Assembly: GCA_040386535.1 (NCBI GenBank)
Contig: JAZKFH010000019.1
Coordinates: forward strand, 162,086 to 226,085
Direction: 5' to 3'
Length of the DNA stretch: 64,000 nucleotides
DNA from: Myxococcota bacterium
GTDB lineage: Bacteria > Myxococcota_A > UBA796 > SXON01
This document shows positions 49,452-59,200 of this stretch, piece after piece; positions within the stretch are counted from its first letter, which is position 1; each line of letters starts with the position of its first letter. Position numbers and translations under genes: made by a program. The notes beneath the pieces were generated by a model. That model did no database searches. It was given only the letters and a program-made list of their open reading frames with translations, and had not been told where the DNA came from.

Positions 49452-50558
49452 TCAAGGTGCTCCCTGCCGCTCTCCCCGGAACCACAACAAGAAGCGCGCT
49501 CGCTCCTCGGGGAGCAGCCCAGAGAAGGCTAGGACGCCGAGTTCAGATTGAGGTTCGCGGGCGGACACCCGCTCGAAGTACCCCTGCGTCGCGAATGCCG
49601 AACTGGTAAGGCGCATGCCCCTGGGCCCGAACAGCACCTGCCACTCCGGCGCCACGATGGGGTCGACGAGAACGAAGGCGTCAAAGCGAAAGAGCTTGGG
49701 GCCCGCGGCATCGCTGACTACTCGAAAGTTGACGCCGATAACCTCTAATACGGTGTACACCCTGCCGGGGGTGAGGTCATGGACACGGCGGTCAGGCTTG
49801 AGCCGGACACGCATCGTGCGTGTATCGAGGTGCTGCCAGACTTCGGATTCTGCGTCGGTGGCGCGGTCGACACGGTCGGGGTCGTACCTGCCCAACTCAT
49901 TGATGCTACCGTCGGGAGGAGATTTGGGGCCCCGACCGCGGTTTCGCTCCCACTCCTCCCAAGTTCCGACCCCGTCAAGGTTTGTGCCGGAGGCTCCGGT
50001 GATCGAGTCACACCACCGCCGAAAGCCCGCCACGCCTCCGTTCCCGATGGGAACAAACACCTTGCCCGGCAGTTTTCCCTGGACGCTCCCACGAGGAAAC
50101 CCCTGCTCCTTGATGTCCTTACATAGTTGTGCCAAGGCGGATCCGGCTTCCTGCGCGTCCCCGAAGATGCCGAGAGCGGCTGCCTGCATCGCCGGCGCCC
50201 AGGGCTCAGCGCTGAACCACCTCGCAAATCTCTCCCTTTCCTGTGCGGAAAGCGCAACACTCTCGACGATGGGCCGGTCTGAACCCGGGAGGCGATCACT
50301 GACGCGCTCAAAATAGCCGGTCTCTCTCACGGATCTCGCGCTGAGGAGAATGTGCCTGCCGCGAGTGGCGATGGCGCTGAGCTCCCAGTCAGGCGAAACG
50401 CGAGGATCGGTCACCGAGACGTGACGCCGGGCCCATAGAGAGGCGCCCCCCTCGTCATCCACGAGACGCAGAAACGGTGCCTGGATTGCTAGGACGGAGT
50501 AGGTGGCGCCCACTGTAAAACGCCGTTTCTCCATTCCTGGCCGGAGGACTACTTGCAC
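49452..50558 (-). CDS. Putative toxin-immunity protein, paralogue 1 (internally duplicated domain)
   Basis: Near-duplicate of 50791-51879; N- and C-terminal T.G..Y.VL..LR.V.D..G..DP.V.P.W..GYFERVS repeats; start overlaps a toxin-tip stop. Confidence 0.6.
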   Translation of the reverse strand: MQVVLRPGMEKRRFTVGATYSVLAIQAPFLRLVDDEGGASLWARRHVSVTDPRVSPDWELSAIATRGRHILLSARSVRETGYFERVSDRLPGSDRPIVESVALSAQERERFARWFSAEPWAPAMQAAALGIFGDAQEAGSALAQLCKDIKEQGFPRGSVQGKLPGKVFVPIGNGGVAGFRRWCDSITGASGTNLDGVGTWEEWERNRGRGPKSPPDGSINELGRYDPDRVDRATDAESEVWQHLDTRTMRVRLKPDRRVHDLTPGRVYTVLEVIGVNFRVVSDAAGPKLFRFDAFVLVDPIVAPEWQVLFGPRGMRLTSSAFATQGYFERVSAREPQSELGVLAFSGLLPEERARFLLWFRGERQGAP

Positions 50559-50716
50559 AGGTCCTCCGGATCAGGCTGTCCTGCAGGCTTCCACTTAGAC
50601 CGGTGGCCCTCAAACTCCTGCCAGTGCCGCTCGACGTTTTGTGCGGTCCACGCCTTCATCTTCGTCCACAGCATCGCTGCTCTCCCGCACAAGTCTTCAA
50701 GGTCAATGCGTTTCAT
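50549..50716 (-). pseudogene. Orphan toxin C-terminal fragment, copy 1
   Basis: MKRIDLEDLCG..W.KMK.W..VE.HW.EFEG homologous to 51870-52085. Confidence 0.55.
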
Positions 50717-50790
50717 GAGATTCGCCCACTCGGCGAGCCGCCGCCGCCGAGGTCCATCGAGAGCCAGCTCGTCACGGTGGTGTCGGAGGG

Positions 50791-51879
50791 TCATCGCGGC
50801 GCTCGGAACCACATCAAGAACCGCTCCCGTTCCTCGGCGACGAGGCCAGAGAAATTCAGGACGCCGAGCTCAGATTGCGGTTCGCGGGCTGACACACGCT
50901 CAAAGTAGCCCGGCGTCGCAAATGCCGAACTGGTAAGGCGCATATAGCCCCCCGGGCCGAACAGCACCTGCCACTCCGGCGCCACAATGGGGTCGACGAG
51001 AACGAAGGCTTCAAAGCGAAAGAGCTTGGGGCCGGCGGTGTCGCTGATTACGCGAAACTTGACTCCGACAACCTCCAATACGGTGTAGACCCTACCGGGG
51101 GTGAGGTCACGGGCACGGCGGTCAGGCTTGAGCCGGATACGCATCGTGCGTGTCTCGGTGTGCTGCCAGACTTCGGCTTCGGCGTCGGTGGCGCGGTCGA
51201 CACGGTCGGGGTCGTACCTGCCCAACTCATTGGCGCTTCCGTCGGGCGGGCCCCCAGCTCGGGCTCGTTCGCACTCCTCCCAAAATCCGACCCCGTCAAG
51301 GTACGAGCCGAGGGTCCCTGTGATCGAGTCACACCACCGCCAAAAGGCCGCCACGCCTCCGTTCCCGATGGGAACAAACACCTTGCCCGGCCGCTTTCCT
51401 TGGATGCTCCCACGAGGAAACCCCTGCTCCTCGATGTCCTCACATAGTTGTTCCAAGGCGGCTCCGGCTTCCTGCGCATCCCCGAAAATGCCGAGAGCCG
51501 CTGCCCGCATCGCTGGCGCCCAGGGCTCTGCGGCGAACCACTTCGCAAATCTCGCCCTTTCCTGTGCGGAGAGCGCAACGCTCTCGACGATGGGCCGGTC
51601 TGAACCCGGGAAGCGATCACTGACTTCTTCAAAATAGCCGTTCTCACTCATGCTCCTCGCGCCGAGGTGAATGTACCTGCCGCCGCTGGCGATGAACTCG
51701 ATCTCCCAGTCAGGCGAAACGCGAGGATCCGTCACCGAAAACAGATGCCGGGACCGTACATAGGCGCCCCCCTCGTCAGTCACGAGACGCAGATATTCTG
51801 CCTCGATTGATAGGACGGAGTAGGTGACGCCGGGTGTAAGGCCATCTGAGCGGGCTCCAGACCGCAGGACTACTTGCAC
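50791..51879 (-). CDS. Putative toxin-immunity protein, paralogue 2
   Basis: Same two-repeat architecture; directly downstream of the RHS toxin tip. Confidence 0.6.
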   Translation of the reverse strand: MQVVLRSGARSDGLTPGVTYSVLSIEAEYLRLVTDEGGAYVRSRHLFSVTDPRVSPDWEIEFIASGGRYIHLGARSMSENGYFEEVSDRFPGSDRPIVESVALSAQERARFAKWFAAEPWAPAMRAAALGIFGDAQEAGAALEQLCEDIEEQGFPRGSIQGKRPGKVFVPIGNGGVAAFWRWCDSITGTLGSYLDGVGFWEECERARAGGPPDGSANELGRYDPDRVDRATDAEAEVWQHTETRTMRIRLKPDRRARDLTPGRVYTVLEVVGVKFRVISDTAGPKLFRFEAFVLVDPIVAPEWQVLFGPGGYMRLTSSAFATPGYFERVSAREPQSELGVLNFSGLVAEERERFLMWFRAPR

Positions 51880-52088
51880 AGGTCCTCCGGATCAGGCAGG
51901 TCCAGTCCTCCAAGCTTCCACCCGGATCGGCGGCCCTCGAACTCATACCAGTGCCACTCCACACCGGCGGCGGTCCACCCCTTCATCTTCTTCCACAGAT
52001 CGGCCGCTCCCCCGCACAAGTCTTCAAGGTCGAAGCGTTTCATGAGCCTTTTTTTCACCCCGAATCCGGCTATTATCTCCTTCTTCAC
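51870..52088 (-). pseudogene. Detached C-terminal toxin tip of the RHS protein
   Basis: KKEIIAGFGVKKRLMKRFDLEDLCGG..WKKMKGW..EWHWYEFEG; located between the RHS gene and the immunity-like gene. Confidence 0.55.
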
Positions 52089-52173
52089 GACCCGCACGGA
52101 TCGCGCCACCGGCGAAGCGACCACCTACCACTGGGACGCCTTCGACCAGCTCCGCCGCGTCGCCTACGCGGAC
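52086..52173 (+). pseudogene. Inverted fragment of RHS repeat
   Basis: + strand reads TTRTDRATGEATTYHWDAFDQLRRVAYAD, a YD/RHS repeat opposite to the host gene. Confidence 0.7.
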
Positions 52174-54352
52174 CGTCCTCGTCGCGGACGAGGATCTGGT
52201 CCTCCACCAGGGCGCCGTCATTCGTGGTCCGGATACCGGAGAGACGCTGTCCGGGGGTGTAGTCGAGCTCCGTGCGTACGCCGGTCGACCGCTCGACCTC
52301 CGTGAGCAGGTCGTCCGCGCTCCAGTCGAACGTGGTCGCGCCGGTGACGCTGTCGTCAAGGGCCACGATCCGCCCATGGGTGTCGTAGGTGAGCGAGCGC
52401 GTTCCGAAGCCGTTGGCTACCGTCGTGAGGCGACCAGCGACCGTCCAGTCGTAGTTCGTGGTGCGGTCCGGGTACGCGTCCGGCTCGGCGGCCACGACGG
52501 TCTCGGAGACGAGGTTCCCGTCCACGTCGTACGTGAACGCGATCCCCTGCTCGGCGTTCGTTACCTGCGAGATGCGTCCGAGGGCGTCGTAGGTGTACTC
52601 CACCCACACATCGCCGCCGTCGACCCGGGAGATCCGACCGGCGTCGTCGTACTCGAACGTGAGGACGTCCCCTGCCCGCGTCGTCTCCTCGAGGATGTTC
52701 CCGTCCTCGGCGTAGACGAAGGTGCTCGTCCGCGCGGCCTTGTCCGTTCGCGACACGAGGAACCCGCGCTCGTCGTACGACCAACGCTGAACGTGCCCGC
52801 TGGCGTCGGTGAACTCCGTGACCTTGCCCCGGGCGTCGTACACCGCGGTGCCGAACTCGCCGAGTCCGTCGGAGAACGACACGCCGCGGCCGAACGCATC
52901 GAGCCCGAATTGAGCGGTTCGACCGTTCACCACGAAGCCGCGCACCTGGTCCGCGCCGTCGTAGAGCACCTCGCCGGTGCCGCCGTCGGCATCGGTCCAG
53001 GTCAGCGGGCCGCCCCAGGTGTCATAGGTGTGGACGAACAGGACCTCGCCGGTTGCGGAAAGCTCGGTGAGCGCGTTCCCGGCCGCATCGTAGGTCGTCT
53101 CGCCCTTCAGCTCCCCGTCTACGTACACGGCCAGCACGTCTCCATCATCGTCATACACCCACTCGGTGGTCACCCCGTCGGCATCGACGGCCTCGGTCAC
53201 CCGGCCCGCTTCGTCGTAGGCGAAGGCCTGCACGGCACCGCTCGGCGCCGTCGTCCGCACCACTTGGAAATCGGCGTCGAATTCCCACGCGTAGACGAGC
53301 TCCTCTCCCTCGAACGCCTCGACGACCTGGGCGAGCAGCCCGTCCTGATCGTAGGTCGAGGTGGTCACGAGCCGGGGATCCGGCCCCACCACGGTCTGCG
53401 TGAATCCATCGAGGTCCGACTCGGTCACGACGAGCACCCCCATCGGGTCCACCTGCTCGACCAACCGCCCGTCCTCGTCATAGGTGAGCACGGCGACCGG
53501 ATCGTGCCCCGCGTCGTTGTACGTCGTGAGCCGGTGGCCGTCATAGGCGAACTCTGTGACGTCCCCGACCTGGTCGGTGACGCTGACGAGGTCCCCCGCC
53601 GCGTCGTACCCGTAGTCGATACTCGATCCGTCCGCGAGGTCCATCCGGGCGATGCGCCCGGCCGAGTCGCGCACGATGTCCACTCCGACACCACGGTCGG
53701 GGAAGATGCCGTCGTCGCTGTACACGACGCGGTTGCCGTTGCGGTCCACGGTCTCGAGCAGCCCCTCGTCCCGGTCGAGCAGGTACATCACATTGTACCG
53801 GTCGGTGAGCCAGTACTGCCGCGGGTCGTAGAGGTCCGTCGCGGCCAGTGACGTGTACAGCTTGTCGCCGAACAAGACGACGGTGGAGGGCCCGATCGCC
53901 TCGATCGTGGACGTGGTCCCCGGGCGGCCGGTGTACGAGACGGTCATCACCTCGGAGAAGTAGGAGCTGCCGACGTCGGGGGTGAGGTCGAACGCCTCGA
54001 CGGTGCCGTCGGGCCAGCGCACGGCGACGAGGTGGGGCTCGTCCGTGACGGTACACACGGGGTAGTACAGGAAGCCCGTGCCACAGGCCTCCCGACGCCA
54101 GCCGCCGTCACCGAGGGGGCCGTTGCGCTGCACGCGCATGTCGAGCATCGAGAGGCGCCAGCCGTGGCCGAAGTCGCCGACGGTGTCCTTTCGGAGCGTG
54201 GAGTAGCTACGCAGGAGCGAGATCTCGGTGACCGAGCTGTGCCACTCGGCGTCCACGAACGCCACGTCGTAGGCGCCGAGCTTCATGTCGCCGGCAACCA
54301 TCACGTCGGCCTCGCCCACGCCGATGCGCCCGAGGTCATCCGTGACCTCCAC
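52173..54352 (-). pseudogene. RHS/YD-repeat protein, truncated at both ends
   Basis: GDFGHGW, then many YDAAG/YDEDGR/YDALGR repeats; no PxxxxDPxG core end; starts mid-domain with no signal peptide. Confidence 0.85.
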
Positions 54353-54472
54353 GCGAAGCGTCCAGAAACGGACTCGCTCACCGTCCTACCCCGTCCTTTC
54401 CGCCGGCGTCGACAACACCCTGGAGACCGGCTCGGAAGCCGAACTCATTCAGGGCAAGGAGAACGGGTCATC

Positions 54473-54548
54473 AAGCCCGTGCCACACGCCTCCTGACGCC
54501 AGCCGCCATCGCGTCCACGAACGCGACGCCGTAGGCGCCGAGCTTCAT
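54473..54548 (-). repeat. Spliced remnant of a second RHS copy
   Basis: 54473-54510 matches 54072-54109 and 54511-54548 matches 54249-54286, each with a few substitutions. Confidence 0.8.
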
Positions 54549-55429
54549 TCCAGCAACTGCACGACTTCGCGCGACGCAAACTCCCTGGCCGCGTCCACGA
54601 AGAGGCGGAGCGCGGGCGAGCGTTGAGCACGGCTCGGGTAGTAGAGGAAGAAGCCCGGTACGGTGGGAGCATAGGCCTCGAGCACCCGCTTCAGACGTCC
54701 ATCCCGCAGCTGCTCCGCCACCATTGGTTCGAAGACATACGCGAGACCGACGCCCTGTTCGGCCAGTGACACCCACAGCCGGTTGTCGTTGGTGATCACG
54801 CCGCCGCGAACGGGCACCCGCCAGTTCCTCCGCCCTCTCTGCAGCTCCCAGGCGTAGAGTGTCCCGGTGCTCGCCGAGCGGAAGGTGATGCACTCGTGGC
54901 GCAGGAGGTCCTCAGGACGCCCTGGCGTTCCGTGGCGCGCGAGGTACCCGGGCGAGCCCACCACCACGAAGCGGAACGGCTCGGTGAGTCTCGCCTGAAC
55001 CATGTCGCGCTCGATGGCCTCGGCGAGCCGCACGCCGGCGTCGTAGCCCTCCGCGACGATGTCCACGAGCCGCTCCTCGACGACCACCTCCACCTCCACC
55101 CGCGGATGCCGAGCGCGGAAGGCGGGCAGGACGGGGGCGATGACGTAGGGCACGGCCACCCGCGGCACCGTCAGCCGGAGGCGGCCCACCGTCTCTCCCG
55201 GTTGCGCGGACACCTCGGCGAGCGCTTCTAGCGCCTGACCCAACGCAGGGCCTGCGCTCTCCAGTAGCCGCCGTCCGACGTCCGTGAGGGACACGCTGCG
55301 GGTGGTGCGGGCGAGCAAGACCACACCCAACTGCTCCTCCATCTGCTTCACCGTCTGACTCACGGCCGAAGTGGTGACCCCGAGCTCGCGCGCGGCGCCG
55401 CCGAAGCTGCGCAGCCTCGCGACCGCAAC
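54545..55429 (-). pseudogene. LysR-family regulator lacking its first ~10 codons
   Basis: Frame extends upstream to [37 protein letters not shown], but no start codon or first helix; LysR substrate domain follows. Confidence 0.75.
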
Positions 55430-55485
55430 GGAGTATCCTGCGCTCCCGCGACCTTCGCTCCCCTGAACCCCCTGGAGAGAACCCG

Positions 55486-55959
55486 ATGCCGATCCGCCTG
55501 CGCGTCAACGGTGCTGAACGCGAGTTGGACGCCGATCCTTCGATGCCGCTGCTGTGGGCGTTGCGGGACCTCCTGGACCTGCCGGGTACCCGGTTCGGTT
55601 GCGGGGAGGCGCTCTGCGGCGCGTGCACGGTCCACCTGGAGGGCCAGCCCGTGCGCTCCTGCATGACGCCGATCTCCGCCGCCGAGGGCCAACGGGTCAC
55701 CACCATCGAAGGCCTCTCTCCCAACGGAACCCACCCGCTGCAACAAGCCTGGATCGAGCTGGGGGTGCCCCAGTGCGGCTACTGCCAGTCGGGCCAGCTC
55801 ATGAGCGCGGCGGCGCTCCTCGGTACGACCCCGAATCCGACCGACGCGGACATCGACCGGGCGATGGCGGGGAACATCTGCCGCTGCGGGACGTACGCGC
55901 GCATCCGGGCGGGCATCAAGCTGGTGGCAGGGCGGAAGCAGGAAGGAGGTGCACAATGA
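55486..55959 (+). CDS. iorA: (2Fe-2S)-binding small subunit, isoquinoline 1-oxidoreductase/aldehyde oxidoreductase family
   Basis: [24 protein letters not shown] and GNICRCGTY motifs. Confidence 0.9.
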   Translation: MPIRLRVNGAERELDADPSMPLLWALRDLLDLPGTRFGCGEALCGACTVHLEGQPVRSCMTPISAAEGQRVTTIEGLSPNGTHPLQQAWIELGVPQCGYCQSGQLMSAAALLGTTPNPTDADIDRAMAGNICRCGTYARIRAGIKLVAGRKQEGGAQ

Positions 55960-58229
55960 GCGAGAGCCCCGATCGGTTGTCCCGGCGCTCGCTGCTGCGC
56001 CTCGTCCCCCTGTCCGCGGCTGGCCTCGCCCTCGGCTGCTTCGACAGGAAGGAGCCCGCGTTGCCCGCGGCCTCGACCGCCGGTGCGAACACGGTCGAGG
56101 CGGTCGCGGCCGACTTCCGCCCGAACGTGTTCGTCCACCTTCAGACGGACGGGATCGTTAACATCGTCTGCCATCGCTCCGAGATGGGCCAGGGCGTACG
56201 CAGCACCCTGCCGGTGCTCATCGCCGACGAGCTCGGGGCGGACATGGCGAAGGTGCGTATCGTCCAGGGCGACGGGAACAAGGCCTACGGCGACCAGAAC
56301 ACGGACGGCTCCTCGAGCATCCGCGAGATCTACGACGAGCTGCGCAGGATCGGCGCCACGGCCCGCGTGATGCTCGTGGAGGCGGCGGCGCAGCGCTGGA
56401 AGGTGCCCGCGTCCGAGTGCGTGGCCCGCGATCACGTCGTCATTCATACGCCAACGCAGCGGGAGCTCGCCTTCGGTGACCTCGCCGCCGACGCGGCCCG
56501 GCTTCCCGTGCCGGAGAAGGTGGAGCTTCGGCCCCTGGGCGAGCTGCCGCGCGTGTTCAAGCCGCTGCCGCTCGTCGATGGCCTCGCGTACGTCACCGGA
56601 ACCGCGGCGTTCGGCGCGGACATGAAGCTCCCCGGCATGCTCGTCGCCGTGATCGCCCGGCCACCGGTGGTCGGGGGGAAGGTCGCGACGCACGATGCGG
56701 CACGTGCGCTGCAGGTGAAGGGCGTGCGCAAGGTGGTGCTGCTCCCCGAGCCGAAGGCGCCGTGGGGTTTTCAGCCCCTCGGCGGCGTGGCCGTCGTCGC
56801 GGATCACACCTGGGCGGCGATGAAGGGGCGCGAGGCGCTCGACATCACCTGGGACCACGGCCCCAACGCGGTCTACGACTCCGCGACCTACCGCGACGAG
56901 CTCGCGAAGACGGTGCAGCAGCCGGGCAAGGTGTTGCGGAAGACGGGCGACGTGGAGGCCGCGTTGAAGACCGCGGCGAAGGTCGTCGAAGCCGACTACC
57001 ACGTGCCCCACCTGCCGCATCTCTCGATGGAGCCGCCCGCCGCGCTCGCCCGCGTCGAGGGTGACATTTGTGAGATCTGGGCGCCGACGCAGAACCCACA
57101 GGGAGTGCAGAAGTCGGTCGCGGAAGCGCTCGGCACGACCGAGGACAAGGTGACCGTCCATGTCACGTTTCTCGGCGGCGGCTTTGGTCGCAAGTCGAAG
57201 GCAGACTTCTGCGTCGAGGCGGCGTTGCTCGCACGCGAGATGAAGGCACCGGTGCGCGTGCAGTGGACGCGCGAGGACGACGTCCGGCACGACTACCTGA
57301 ACACGGTCGCGACCAACCGGCTCACCGCGGGGCTCGACGAGAAGGGAAGGGTCGTCGCGTGGCGGCACCGTACGGCATTTCCGCCGATTGCCACGCTCTT
57401 CGGCGGGGAGTCCGTTCCCAGCCCGGGGGATCTGCAGCAAGGCGTGCTCGACCTCGCGCTCGACATTCCAAACGTGAGCGCCGAGGCGGGCGAGGCGAAG
57501 GCCCACACCCGCATCGGTTGGCTGCGTGCGGTCTACAACCTGTTCCAGGCGTTCGCCGTCGGCTCCTTCGTCGACGAGATCGCGCACGCGCGAGGCACCG
57601 ATCCACGTGACACGTGGTTGGAGATCCTCGGGCCCGCGCGCAAGGCGAGCCTCGCGGAGCTCGGCGTCACCGAGATGAAGAACTACGGCCAGTCGCTCGA
57701 GCAGCACCCCGTCGACGTGGGCCGGCTGCGCGGGGTGATCGAGCGGGTCGCCAAGGCGGCGCGTTGGGACGAGCGCAAGCAGGACCGTCGCTTCCTCGGC
57801 CTCGCCGCGCACCGCAGCTTCCTCAGCTACGCGGCGGCGGTGGCCTCGGTCGTCCAGGCGCCGGACGGGCGGATCGTCGTCGACGAGGTGTGGCTCGCCT
57901 TCGACGCGGGCACGGTGGTGAATCCGGATCGGGTGCGTGCGCAGATGGAAGGGGCCACGATCTTCGGGATGACCCTCACCCTCTACGGCGGGATCACCTT
58001 CAAGGGCGGCGCGGTCGAGCAGTCGAACTTCCTCGACGGCGGCCGGGTCGTGCGCCTGAATGAGGCGCCTCGGATCACACACGTCGAGCTCGTCGAGAGC
58101 GACGCCGCTCCCGGCGGGGTGGGCGAGCCGGGCGTGCCGCCGGTAGCGCCGGCGATCGCGAACGCGATCTTCGCGATGACGGGGAAGCGGGTGCGGGAGC
58201 TGCCGCTGTCCAAGTCGTTGAAGGTGTGA
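55956..58229 (+). CDS. iorB: Molybdopterin-binding large subunit with Tat signal, xanthine dehydrogenase/IorB family
   Basis: SRRSLL Tat motif; RSEMGQG, GGGFGRK, WTREDD and [18 protein letters not shown] motifs; ATGA overlap. Confidence 0.9.
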   Translation: MSESPDRLSRRSLLRLVPLSAAGLALGCFDRKEPALPAASTAGANTVEAVAADFRPNVFVHLQTDGIVNIVCHRSEMGQGVRSTLPVLIADELGADMAKVRIVQGDGNKAYGDQNTDGSSSIREIYDELRRIGATARVMLVEAAAQRWKVPASECVARDHVVIHTPTQRELAFGDLAADAARLPVPEKVELRPLGELPRVFKPLPLVDGLAYVTGTAAFGADMKLPGMLVAVIARPPVVGGKVATHDAARALQVKGVRKVVLLPEPKAPWGFQPLGGVAVVADHTWAAMKGREALDITWDHGPNAVYDSATYRDELAKTVQQPGKVLRKTGDVEAALKTAAKVVEADYHVPHLPHLSMEPPAALARVEGDICEIWAPTQNPQGVQKSVAEALGTTEDKVTVHVTFLGGGFGRKSKADFCVEAALLAREMKAPVRVQWTREDDVRHDYLNTVATNRLTAGLDEKGRVVAWRHRTAFPPIATLFGGESVPSPGDLQQGVLDLALDIPNVSAEAGEAKAHTRIGWLRAVYNLFQAFAVGSFVDEIAHARGTDPRDTWLEILGPARKASLAELGVTEMKNYGQSLEQHPVDVGRLRGVIERVAKAARWDERKQDRRFLGLAAHRSFLSYAAAVASVVQAPDGRIVVDEVWLAFDAGTVVNPDRVRAQMEGATIFGMTLTLYGGITFKGGAVEQSNFLDGGRVVRLNEAPRITHVELVESDAAPGGVGEPGVPPVAPAIANAIFAMTGKRVRELPLSKSLKV

Positions 58230-58251
58230 GTGTCAACCGAGGAGAGATGAC

Positions 58252-58642
58252 ATGAAACGTTGGGCCCTGACGTTCACCTCGATCTCCCTGCTCGCCTTGG
58301 CGTTGGTGCAGACGAGCGGCGCACGTGCGGCCGGTTCGGGCGCGCCCCCGGCCGCCTCGGCAGGAGCCGCGCCGAAGCTGGTCGTCGCGCGGAACGGCTC
58401 CCAGGCTTCCACCAAGGGACCCGCCGAGAACCGCCGGATCCGGTCTGGTCCAGGCTTGGGGCGGCGCCCTCGAGGAGATCCGGCCGGGTGACGTGGTCTC
58501 CATCCCCCCGGGCCAGAAACATTGGCACGGCGCCTCGCCGGCCGCCGCGATGACCCACATCGCCCTTACGGAGCAGTTCGACGGAAAGCGGGTCGAGTGG
58601 ATGGAGAAGGTCAGCGACGGGCAGTACGGCGGCCAGCCGTAG
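58252..58642 (+). pseudogene. Cupin-domain protein with internal deletion/frameshift
   Basis: ..[11 protein letters not shown] joins out of frame at ~58431 to [33 protein letters not shown]; first cupin motif missing. Confidence 0.8.
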
Positions 58643-58648
58643 GGTCTG

Positions 58649-58714
58649 GAAGTGACGCAGGCGCAGTGGGAGGCCGTAATGGGCAGCAACCCCTACACGC
58701 TGGATCGGTCGAAC
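58649..58714 (+). pseudogene. Short FGE-sulfatase (formylglycine-generating-enzyme-like) fragment
   Basis: Reads EVTQAQWEAVMGSNPYTLDRSN, a hallmark motif of the family. Confidence 0.6.
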
Positions 58715-58768
58715 AGCGACACCGTCCGAGGAGGAGCACCCTGACGAGCGATTCTGACTCCAAACATT

Positions 58769-59062
58769 CGATGGGTCGCCGCGGCTCGTGGCGTTGGGGC
58801 TTGGCTTGACCGCCGCCGCAGGCATTGTGCCTGCCTGCGCGGCCGGCCCGCGTGCGGCTCAGCCGGTTCCACGCGGGGGCGCAGCGACGGCGCCGCGCCA
58901 GGCCGCCCGGCGGCTCGGCTCGCTGGAGGTGTCCAGCATCGGCCTCGGCGTGCAGAGCTCGCGGAGCTGAACGCCGCTGTCTCGGCGATCGAGATCCGCG
59001 GAGCGCGGCTCCCGGACCAGGTGCAGGCCTTCTCCGGCGTGGAGGCGCCACCGAAGCCGTGA
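58769..59062 (+). pseudogene. Aldo/keto reductase remnant with the core deleted
   Basis: RRLGSLEVSSIGLGVQ (N-term) fused at ~58955 to ELAELNAAVSAIEIRGARLPDQV..GVEAPPKP* (C-term). Confidence 0.75.
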
Positions 59063-59200
59063 AGGGTCGCGGTGACGCTTGATGACGAGGACCCCACCAC
59101 AAACCGCGAGGGCACGCGGTAGGGCGAGCCGCACGACGCCTGCGCCCTCGCCGAGCCTCCGGACGACGGTCGACAGAGTGGTCGTATCGGATGCCCCCGT

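Noticed and set aside
52376..53851. 491-aa plus-strand ORF
   Set aside because: Antisense shadow of the RHS repeats
55554..55955. N-terminal extension of the IorB ORF
   Set aside because: Overlaps iorA in another frame; the real start is ATG 55956 with GGAGG RBS and a Tat motif
55779..58082. 767-aa minus-strand ORF
   Set aside because: Antisense shadow of iorAB
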